Positions 17,117-24,015 of a stretch of 24,570 nt of DNA are shown piece after piece; the stretch's first letter is position 1, and each line of letters begins with the position of its first letter. A program made the position numbers and the translations under genes. The notes under the pieces are model-generated. The model was not told the DNA's origin and ran no database searches. It saw only the letters and a program-made list of their open reading frames with translations. This stretch comes from a virus (Duplodnaviria; Caudoviricetes). The DNA lies in the IMG/VR virus record IMGVR_UViG_3300020336_000268, positions 1 to 24,570 of that record. The stretch is one strand, 5' to 3'.

Positions 17117-17167
17117 TATTTACCCTTTTGTGTAACAAATTATACAACATTGATTTGTGGATGTCAA
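17117..17167 (-). promoter_or_regulatory. Perfect sigma70 promoter TTGACA-N17-TATAAT (17139-17167) followed by a late box TAAATA (17117-17122)
   Basis: Exact consensus on the minus strand; heads the nucleotidyltransferase operon. Confidence 0.88.
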
Positions 17168-17270
17168 GAACATTGGTGTGCCAACATTCTTGCGGCACAC
17201 TGTTGCAAAAATAGCATGACAGTCTTGCAGTAAAATACGCTCTATTTAGGGCAGTAATACTGTACTATTT

Positions 17271-17278
17271 TATAAATA
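17271..17278 (+). promoter_or_regulatory. T4-type late promoter TATAAATA
   Basis: Exact T4 gp55 consensus at the start of the plus-strand island. Confidence 0.75.
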
Positions 17279-17283
17279 CAGGT

Positions 17284-17470
17284 GACAAAGACGCAGGGAG
17301 ACGTTCGGAACCCTCAGGAAGTGTCAAATATACAGAGACACTGGGATAGACCAGGGCATTGTCCATGCCTTAAAAGTGATTGACGGCTGCCAAAGGCAGT
17401 TGCACCGCCGGGGAAGTTCCGGGGTATTGCTTTCCTCAAGCATCCACACAACTTAATCAAGGAGAAAAAA
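17284..17470 (+). ncRNA. Structured GC-rich RNA leader (riboswitch or sRNA candidate, family unassigned)
   Basis: Consecutive hairpins: AGTGTC/GACACT, CTGG/CCAG, GGCAT/ATGCC, GGCTGCC/GGCAGTT, CCGGGG/TTCCGG, TGCTT/AAGCA with a TCCTC loop; no credible plus-strand ORF. Confidence 0.6.
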
Positions 17471-17653
17471 ATGGCTACTATGCTATTCAACGGCCTTGTG
17501 AGTTTGCTTGGATCCTTTCGCACACCTAGAAGTGCGTTTGAAAAAGAGATGCTCACTTACGCCAAAACTGAGTACGGAAAAGATTGGCAATATGCCTATC
17601 AATACATGATCGCCCACAAGGGTCAAGGCCCAAGAATGGGGGTGAACGCATAA
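17471..17653 (+). CDS. Small hypothetical protein (YAKTEYGKDWQYAY motif)
   Basis: AAGGAG RBS; TAATG coupling to the next gene. Confidence 0.8.
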   Translation: MATMLFNGLVSLLGSFRTPRSAFEKEMLTYAKTEYGKDWQYAYQYMIAHKGQGPRMGVNA

Positions 17654-17874
17654 TGACTGCAATTGAATTAAAACAAACTACATGGAACTTCACATGTAAA
17701 GCATGTACTATAATTCGTAACACTTTGTTTACGTTATGGGTAGGTACAATTGCTTTCGGTGAAACAGCAGGTCGTGCTAGAGCTGCTAATGAACTTGCTC
17801 GTATGGGATATTACGATCAAGCTAAAAAACTAATGACGGAGAGAGATAATGTTACTGCTAAAGAAACTGTATAA
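17653..17874 (+). CDS. Small hypothetical protein, 73 aa (AGRARAANELARMGY..QAK.LM motif)
   Basis: ATG at 17653 overlaps the upstream TAA; GGGGGTG upstream. Confidence 0.78.
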   Translation: MTAIELKQTTWNFTCKACTIIRNTLFTLWVGTIAFGETAGRARAANELARMGYYDQAKKLMTERDNVTAKETV

Positions 17875-18097
17875 CAATTTAGAAATTGCTGGATACGGTA
17901 GAGCAGCAAACTTAATGCGTCTACAAGGAAGACCGGATCTATCAGCGGACTTACTTAAAGAGCAAAAACGTCTACAAACTGTCAAGCGTAAAGCAATCGA
18001 AAGACTAGAAAGGATAAGAAAAGCCAAATCAAATTACGAGCCTGGCGATCATTACTTTAAAGGTAAGACTGTAGCATTTTGGAAGGGGCATGCATAA
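17849..18097 (+). CDS. Small basic hypothetical protein (AGYGRAANLMRLQG motif), probable paralogue of the preceding gene
   Basis: GGAG RBS; shares the AGxxRAANxxxxxG pattern. Confidence 0.75.
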   Translation: MLLLKKLYNNLEIAGYGRAANLMRLQGRPDLSADLLKEQKRLQTVKRKAIERLERIRKAKSNYEPGDHYFKGKTVAFWKGHA

Positions 18098-18141
18098 TGT
18101 GGCCGTACACCGAAGACGAAGCCGATTGGTTGAATAGATAA
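18097..18141 (+). CDS. 14-aa peptide MWPYTEDEADWLNR
   Basis: TAATG coupling, AAGGGG RBS; ends just before a hairpin. Confidence 0.55.
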   Translation: MWPYTEDEADWLNR

Positions 18142-18147
18142 AATTAA

Positions 18148-18174
18148 ATGACAGAGCTGTAACGGCTCTGTCAT
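18148..18174 (+). terminator. Strong hairpin closing the small-gene operon (terminator or processing stem)
   Basis: ATGACAGAGCTG-TAA-CGGCTCTGTCAT; no clear U-tract. Confidence 0.6.
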
Positions 18175-18204
18175 AACATTGGCTCAGAAAAATTATTAAA
18201 TGCG

Positions 18205-18233
18205 TTGACAGAGATAAATAATAGTGTTACATT
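18205..18233 (+). promoter_or_regulatory. sigma70 promoter TTGACA-N17-TACATT (extended -10) with a late box ATAAATA nested in its spacer
   Basis: Read directly; TAAATA at 18215-18220. Confidence 0.75.
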
Positions 18234-18275
18234 ACTAATGTAGCATAACACACAAACACACAAAGGAGAAAGAAA

Positions 18276-18545
18276 ATGTCACTCGACAAAATCAAGGACG
18301 CACTACCTAAAGTGCAATTCAATAAAAACGGTTACGAAATTCGCACAGAAGTTTTAGAAATGGCTAAACACTTCACAGAGTTTGAATACTCAAACAAATG
18401 GATGGGTTGGGAAGTATCTGCAAAACGTGATAAAGAAACTGGTCAAATCATTAACAAAGTTGATATGCCAGAAATTCCAGGTTCTAAAGAAGTTTTAGAA
18501 ACAGCCGAGGAGTTTTACAAGTTCGTAACAGGAACATCAAAGTAG
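18276..18545 (+). CDS. Conserved phage hypothetical protein (NKNGYEIR..VLEMAK...P...EVL..A..FY.FV)
   Basis: AAGGAG RBS after a CA-rich leader; biased codon usage. Confidence 0.85.
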   Translation: MSLDKIKDALPKVQFNKNGYEIRTEVLEMAKHFTEFEYSNKWMGWEVSAKRDKETGQIINKVDMPEIPGSKEVLETAEEFYKFVTGTSK

Positions 18546-18644
18546 AATAGTAATGCACATGATAATAGTTTCCTAACAGCAGGATGAAGATTATATATAG
18601 AACGGCATAGCCTCAGATAATAGGAACATTACATTTAAATTGGA

Positions 18645-18676
18645 GAAAGGGTAGCCAGGTTGCTACCTTTTCTTTT
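18645..18676 (+). terminator. Rho-independent terminator
   Basis: GAAAGGGTAGC-CAGGTT-GCTACCTTTTC followed by TTTT. Confidence 0.85.
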
Positions 18677-18686
18677 GGGTGCAACT

Positions 18687-18692
18687 TAAATA
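18687..18692 (+). promoter_or_regulatory. Late box TAAATA, 5 nt upstream of the hemF ATG (leaderless)
   Basis: TAAATA-CTGCC-ATG immediately after a terminator; no Shine-Dalgarno sequence. Confidence 0.65.
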
Positions 18693-18697
18693 CTGCC

Positions 18698-19516
18698 ATG
18701 AACACATTGTATACTGAATGGTTTGCACAACTTGCGCAAATTATAGAAGATAACATCAATGAAGTAGAAGCTAGATTTACACCCAAAGATCCTATTAAAA
18801 TGGACCAAGGTGGACATTCAAGCAGAGAGGGATGGACTCAAACACACAAAGTTATACGTGGAAATGTATTTGAAAAAGGTACAGTAAATTACTCGTGTGT
18901 TACTGGAGAGTTTGATCCAAAATTTGCAAAAGAAATTCCAGGCACAACTGATGAGAATAGAGAGTACTATGCCACAGGTATAAGTGTAGTATTGCACCCT
19001 ACTAATCCTTGGGTACCAGCAATGCACTTCAACACAAGATACCTTAAGACACACGACAAAGAATGGTTTGGTGGTGGTATGGATCTAACTCCTTGCTTAG
19101 ATGATGAGAAGTTTAAAGTAAAGTATCACCAAGAGCTTAAAAAGATTTGTGATTTATATGATACAACTTGGTACGATAAGTTTAGTAAAGCATGTGATGA
19201 ATACTTTTACTTGCCACACAGAAAAGAAACAAGAGGTATCGGAGGTTTGTTCTTTGAATACTATTCACCAGAGGACATGGACTTTAAATTTGTAGAACGT
19301 ATGGGCATTAAGTTTGCAGATGTAATGAGAACAACTGCAATTAACTATATGAACAACAACTACACAGACGAGCATAAAGATATACAAAAGATCAAACGTG
19401 GACGATATGTAGAGTTCAACTTATTATATGATCGTGGAACTAAGTTTGGTTTTAAAACAGGTGGTAACATGGAAGCAATCTTAATGAGCTTACCGCCAGA
19501 TGTGAGTTGGCCGTGA
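18698..19516 (+). CDS. hemF: Oxygen-dependent coproporphyrinogen III oxidase
   Basis: VFEK..VNYS, ATGISVVLHP.NP.VPAMHFNTRY, WFGGGMDLTP, CDEYFYLPHR.ETRGIGGLF, RGRYVEFNLLYDRGTKFG, ILMSLPP...W. Confidence 0.96.
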   Translation: MNTLYTEWFAQLAQIIEDNINEVEARFTPKDPIKMDQGGHSSREGWTQTHKVIRGNVFEKGTVNYSCVTGEFDPKFAKEIPGTTDENREYYATGISVVLHPTNPWVPAMHFNTRYLKTHDKEWFGGGMDLTPCLDDEKFKVKYHQELKKICDLYDTTWYDKFSKACDEYFYLPHRKETRGIGGLFFEYYSPEDMDFKFVERMGIKFADVMRTTAINYMNNNYTDEHKDIQKIKRGRYVEFNLLYDRGTKFGFKTGGNMEAILMSLPPDVSWP

Positions 19517-19602
19517 ACATTGGGATAGGTGCATTAACTGCTGCTATCTTAGCATTCATTGCTTGGGTCATAAGGAAGGTTAGAAATGAAGATAGGCGTT
19601 AG
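19513..19602 (+). CDS. 29-aa single-pass membrane peptide (MNIGIGALTAAILAFIAWVIRKVRNEDRR)
   Basis: GTG overlaps the hemF TGA (GTGA); spans the gap and overlaps the hemC start; hydrophobic helix followed by a basic tail. Confidence 0.6.
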   Translation: MNIGIGALTAAILAFIAWVIRKVRNEDRR

Positions 19603-20407
19603 AGGAAGTAAACTAGCATTGCAGTATGCAAGTAGAGCAGCGGCTCTAATAAGTGACCCAGAGATTGTTACGATAAAAACAGAAGCAGAAATTAATCCAG
19701 ACACGCCTATATTAGAAATGGGCGGCAAGGGAGTATTTTGTAAGGCCATTGAGCAGAAGTTATTAGATAACGAAATTGATATTGCTGTTCATAGTTTAAA
19801 AGATTTACCAAGAGACTCAGATGATGTTCTTGAGATATCAGCAGTACTAGATCGAAGCGACCCTAGAGATTGTGTAATAGGTGATCCTACAAAATTAGGT
19901 GCAAAGATAGGAACAGGTAGTCCTCGCAGAATTGCACAACTAAAAAGATTATATCCAGATGCAGAGATAGTTTCTATTAGAGGAAATATTGACACACGTA
20001 TTTCTAAAGTAGAAAGCGGACAGTATGATGCTATTGTACTTGCTGTTGCAGGACTAGAAGCATTAGGATTAGAACACAAGATAACAAAGATATTTAACTT
20101 TGACGAAATGTTACCAGCAGTTGGTCAAGGTGTTATTGCATTACAAACAAGAAAGAAAAGTTCCGCAAGTTATTTGTTAAGCAGTTCGTCTGATCCAGAC
20201 ACATATAAAGGAGCAATGGCTGAACGCAAGATGCTTGAAGTTATAGATGGTGACTGCCATACTGCTGTTGGTTGTATATCTAGTGTTGTTGGAGACTGTC
20301 TAATGATTAGAGCCTACAACTTTGAAACAGATAAGTATAGTGAAGTAATAGGTAAGAAAGAAAACTATCTAGAACTTGGCGAACAACTAGGAACGAAACT
20401 TATATGA
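19586..20407 (+). CDS. hemC: Hydroxymethylbilane synthase (porphobilinogen deaminase)
   Basis: IG.RGSKLAL, GGKGVF, AVHSLKDLP, R.DPRD, GTGSPRR, RGNIDTR, LPAVGQG, AER, cofactor Cys in GDCHTAVG. Confidence 0.95.
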   Translation: MKIGVRGSKLALQYASRAAALISDPEIVTIKTEAEINPDTPILEMGGKGVFCKAIEQKLLDNEIDIAVHSLKDLPRDSDDVLEISAVLDRSDPRDCVIGDPTKLGAKIGTGSPRRIAQLKRLYPDAEIVSIRGNIDTRISKVESGQYDAIVLAVAGLEALGLEHKITKIFNFDEMLPAVGQGVIALQTRKKSSASYLLSSSSDPDTYKGAMAERKMLEVIDGDCHTAVGCISSVVGDCLMIRAYNFETDKYSEVIGKKENYLELGEQLGTKLI

Positions 20408-21381
20408 ATGAAAAATTTACTAATGCCTGCAATAGGGTAGAACAGTCTTGCCCTCCGATATGGATGATGAGACAAGCTGGAAGATACCAGCAACCTTATA
20501 TGGAGATGAAAGAGAAGTTTACCTTTGAACAAATGTGTAAGTTACCTAGGGTGGCTGCCGATGTAGCAATGCTACCAATTGATCAATTTGATTTTGATAT
20601 TGCAATACTGTTTAGCGACATACTATTTCCTATTGAAGGACTAGGTGTGCCTTTAAAGTTTGCACCAGGTCCACAGTTTGAATGGTACATCAACGAAGAC
20701 AACTATAAAGATCATAAGAACGTTTCACGTGCAGTAGAACACATGCACTTTCAGAAAGCTGCTGTTTCTGCAACTAGAGAGAAACTACATAAATCAAAAA
20801 GCCTAATAGGATTTGTAGGCGGCCCATGGACATTGTTAAATTATGCTACAGGTAAAAAACCTAACATGGATTTAAAATGGAAAGCAGCGTACATGGAAGA
20901 AGTAATTGTTCCTGTGCTATCACGTAACATACATTTACAACTAGAAGCAGGTGCAGAGAAAGTTATGATACTTGATAGTGGTGTAGCCAACATGAGTGAG
21001 TCTTTCTTTAAAACACATTACGTTAATCTATTACAACCACTAATAGATTCTGATACAGGATACTATACACAACATCTAAATCATAAGTGTTTACCTACAC
21101 TGTATAGAATGGGCTGGGCAGGATTAGGTATTGATAGTGGAGTTGATATACATAGAACGTTTAAGAAATATCAAGATGGATTTATACAAGGCAACTTCGA
21201 TGAGAAGTTAATGATGACACCTGGACTATACCTAAAGAAAGAAATATCGGAATGGCTTGACAGCATGGAGCGTATTGATAGAACTGGTTGGATATGCGGA
21301 CTAGGACATGGCATACATAAAGAGACACCAGAGGACAACGTAAAACTATTTGTAGACATGGTTAGGGAAAGATTTGAATGA
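20404..21381 (+). CDS. hemE: Uroporphyrinogen decarboxylase
   Basis: PIWMMRQAGRY, AILFSDIL, LIGFVGGPWTL..Y, QGNFD, LGHGI...TP; ATGA overlap. Confidence 0.95.
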   Translation: MNEKFTNACNRVEQSCPPIWMMRQAGRYQQPYMEMKEKFTFEQMCKLPRVAADVAMLPIDQFDFDIAILFSDILFPIEGLGVPLKFAPGPQFEWYINEDNYKDHKNVSRAVEHMHFQKAAVSATREKLHKSKSLIGFVGGPWTLLNYATGKKPNMDLKWKAAYMEEVIVPVLSRNIHLQLEAGAEKVMILDSGVANMSESFFKTHYVNLLQPLIDSDTGYYTQHLNHKCLPTLYRMGWAGLGIDSGVDIHRTFKKYQDGFIQGNFDEKLMMTPGLYLKKEISEWLDSMERIDRTGWICGLGHGIHKETPEDNVKLFVDMVRERFE

Positions 21382-22229
21382 GGCTGATACAACCGTATTT
21401 TATTAGTAATCAAAATAACGGTGATGATTGGATCAATTCATCTAAGCAATCTGTACTTGGTAACGACAATCATACTTGGTCAGTTAAAGGTGCAGTAGAT
21501 ACTATTGGTAGAGATATTATACTAGGTGTCCAAGACATTTTAGTATTTGTTATACCAGACAAGACGGAATCCCCAGATTGGGAATTAAACAAGCGTGTTG
21601 TCAGCGAAATTAAAGCAGCACACGGAGATAAAGTAAACTTACATGTTGATATATGTTTGTGTTCTACTACGCTAGATGGGCATTGTTGCTATCCTGAGGA
21701 CATGAATAAAACGTACGATCAACTACTTCAACAAGCAACTGCTGTACACGAAGCAGGAGCAGATGTATTAGCACCTAGTGACTGTCAAGACCAAACTGTG
21801 TTAGTACTTAAAGAAAATCTAAAAGCAAAAGTAATGAGCTATTCAACAAAGTTTAGGTCAGCATTCTATGATGGGTTTAGACAAACTATTGGTGTTGAAA
21901 AAGGAATACACAGAGGTTATCAATTAGATGTAAATGATAGAGAACTTGCAATTTGCCGTAGTCAAAAATATCACAGAGACGGTGCTGATATGTTAATGGT
22001 AAAGCCTGGCATGACTAGTATTGATCTTATTATTCCTATTAAAGAAGCAACAGGATATTCTGTTCCTGTAGGTGTTTATCAAACAAGTGGCGAGTATATT
22101 GGTTTACAACGTAATGGTTGGTTGGTTTATGAAATGTTAAAAGAAACACATGATGTTTTTAAACGTGCAGGTGCTTCTTATATGATTACTTACGGTGCTA
22201 GGGAATTACTTAAACAAAAAGACTGCTAA
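21378..22229 (+). CDS. hemB: Porphobilinogen synthase (ALA dehydratase), Zn-type, N-terminally shortened
   Basis: DICLCSTT.DGHC Zn site, AGAD.LAPSD, MSYSTKF.SAFY..FR, YQLD, GADMLMVKP, YQTSGEY, KRAGA..ITY; ATGA overlap. Confidence 0.93.
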   Translation: MRLIQPYFISNQNNGDDWINSSKQSVLGNDNHTWSVKGAVDTIGRDIILGVQDILVFVIPDKTESPDWELNKRVVSEIKAAHGDKVNLHVDICLCSTTLDGHCCYPEDMNKTYDQLLQQATAVHEAGADVLAPSDCQDQTVLVLKENLKAKVMSYSTKFRSAFYDGFRQTIGVEKGIHRGYQLDVNDRELAICRSQKYHRDGADMLMVKPGMTSIDLIIPIKEATGYSVPVGVYQTSGEYIGLQRNGWLVYEMLKETHDVFKRAGASYMITYGARELLKQKDC

Positions 22230-23169
22230 CTGATTCTTCATTGGTTATTCTACGCATTGCTTCACCGAACAAAGGTGCTACACTTACCTGACGTGTTTTC
22301 TTACAACCCTTAGGACAACGACTTGAAATAGTATCTGTAATAACTAATTCATCTAATACTGACTTCTCAATCTTTTGACATGCATCGTTACTTAATACAC
22401 CATGTGTGATATATGCACGTACACTAAGAGCACCTGCATCCATAATTGATTTGGCTGCACTGCAAAGTGTTCCGCCACTATCAATAATGTCATCTACTAG
22501 AATAGCATGACGACCTTTAACATTACCAATCAAGTTCATTACTTCTGACTTTCCTGCTTCAGGACGCATTTTATCTACAATAGCAATGTCACCTGTAAAC
22601 ATATCAGCAAACTTACGAGCCCTTACTGCACCACCTGCATCTGGAGATACAAATACTGTACCTGCTTGATTAACTTCTGGGTCATCAATAATACCAATAG
22701 TGCGTTTGATGTCTTTTGCAAATATTACACGACTTGTTAAATCATCTACAGGAATATCAAAGAAGCCCTGTATCTGTCCTGCGTGTAAATCCATAGTTAA
22801 GATTCTATCTGCACCAGATGTTGTTAATAGGTTAGCAACTAGTTTTGCCGTAATAGGTGTTCGACTTGCACTCTTACGATCCTGTCTAGCATAACCATAG
22901 TAAGGAATAACTGCTGTAATACGACTAGCACTTGATCTACGTGCTGCATCAATCATTACCATTAGTTCCATAAGACTATTGTTGACGGGCTGACTTGTGC
23001 TTTGAATAATAAAAACATCTTCGCCTCTAACGTTTTCTAAAAACTCTACGCTAGATTCTCCGTCTGCAAATGTTGAAACTTTGGCTGGTACAAGATCACT
23101 AAAACAATGTTCAGCGATCTCTTGTGCTAATTTAGGATTAGCATTTCCGGTAATGATTTTCATTTTCAA
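22210..23169 (-). CDS. prs: Ribose-phosphate pyrophosphokinase (PRPP synthetase)
   Basis: FADGE, PYYGYARQDRK, DLHAGQIQGFFDIP, VSPDAG...RA, VDDIIDSGGTL, THGVLS; 3' end overlaps hemB by 20 nt. Confidence 0.97.
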   Translation of the reverse strand: MKMKIITGNANPKLAQEIAEHCFSDLVPAKVSTFADGESSVEFLENVRGEDVFIIQSTSQPVNNSLMELMVMIDAARRSSASRITAVIPYYGYARQDRKSASRTPITAKLVANLLTTSGADRILTMDLHAGQIQGFFDIPVDDLTSRVIFAKDIKRTIGIIDDPEVNQAGTVFVSPDAGGAVRARKFADMFTGDIAIVDKMRPEAGKSEVMNLIGNVKGRHAILVDDIIDSGGTLCSAAKSIMDAGALSVRAYITHGVLSNDACQKIEKSVLDELVITDTISSRCPKGCKKTRQVSVAPLFGEAMRRITNEESVSSLFV

Positions 23170-23196
23170 ATGTAGTCCTTTCTTGGTGTGATGTTG

Positions 23197-23232
23197 TACT
23201 TATATAATAACATGTATTTTCTCAAAGATCAA
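23197..23232 (-). promoter_or_regulatory. sigma70-type promoter TTGATC-N17-TATTAT (extended -10) plus late box TATAAGTA upstream of prs
   Basis: Read directly on the minus strand. Confidence 0.55.
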
Positions 23233-23819
23233 GAAAAATTAAAATGAACTCGTGATCTTTTTCCTCCACTTGGATTGAAGTTGTGGATAACTTTTACGTC
23301 TTGGCTTTGTTGATTAAGTAGTGTCTTTGTTCTAAAATCAAAGATAACTTTACTATCACTGGTTGTATGTTTTTCTACCAAACTCTTATAAGTCTTAGCA
23401 GGATAGTGAAAGCCACAACTTAGCCAACTACTAACTAGATCAAATGTTATACCTTTGGGTATGTTTATATTGTTAGCATCAACAAAGTTATATTTGATTC
23501 CACGCGAATCCCAATATTCTTGTAAGTCTGCAACTGGCAGATAAAACTTAAAGTCTCCTACTTCACCCCATGTTGCTTTTCGTGGTCTATCGATAGTAGT
23601 CTGAAAGTCTCCTTCAAGCAACCATAGTTCAGTTCCGTACTTCTTTTGAAACTGCTCACTAACATATGCATAGCCGCAACCGATATCTAATATACGTTTA
23701 GGAGGATGGAAACCAAGATACGAATCTATCTCATTGAAGCAGTCTTGTGCTGATTGTTGGTATTTAGGTTTTATCCAAGTGTATGGGTAAAACTCTTTTA
23801 TTTGATTATTGTTTTCCAT
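23229..23819 (-). CDS. Class I SAM-dependent methyltransferase
   Basis: RILDIGCGY motif I; FDLV.S.LS.GFHYP post-II motif. Confidence 0.8.
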   Translation of the reverse strand: MENNNQIKEFYPYTWIKPKYQQSAQDCFNEIDSYLGFHPPKRILDIGCGYAYVSEQFQKKYGTELWLLEGDFQTTIDRPRKATWGEVGDFKFYLPVADLQEYWDSRGIKYNFVDANNINIPKGITFDLVSSWLSCGFHYPAKTYKSLVEKHTTSDSKVIFDFRTKTLLNQQSQDVKVIHNFNPSGGKRSRVHFNFS

Positions 23820-24015
23820 TAATATCCGTTTTCTTGGTTACGCTGTTCTTTAAACTTTTAAAGACACATCCAAAAAACCATATTTGGCAAATTATTAGGT
23901 ATTCATCAAACATGTTCTTGCCAGGCATAAAGTATGCAACCTGGTCACCGATTGTTGCTGCCCAAAGTAACATAAGGAAAAATGCAACAAATGGTGTTAA
24001 CAAAAACTTGGTCAT
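23806..24015 (-). CDS. Small membrane protein
   Basis: Two hydrophobic stretches; ATGA overlap with the glycosyltransferase. Confidence 0.6.
   Translation of the reverse strand: MTKFLLTPFVAFFLMLLWAATIGDQVAYFMPGKNMFDEYLIICQIWFFGCVFKSLKNSVTKKTDINGKQ

Noticed and set aside
17284-17470. Assignment as a glycine or cobalamin riboswitch, tRNA or ribozyme
   Set aside because: Only fragments (CTCAGG, GGGAAG) resemble those consensuses; core motifs and a cloverleaf are not present, so it is left unassigned.
17314-17652. Track ORF 17314-17556 (-) and the TTG extension of 17584-17874
   Set aside because: The first is antisense to the leader and first small gene; the second overlaps the upstream gene, and the coupled ATG at 17653 is better supported.
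22210-23169. prs as the NAD-reconstitution enzyme (Adps of NARP1)
   Set aside because: The sequence looks like canonical class I Prs and no Namat/Nampt partner is adjacent in the window; it cannot be excluded genome-wide.
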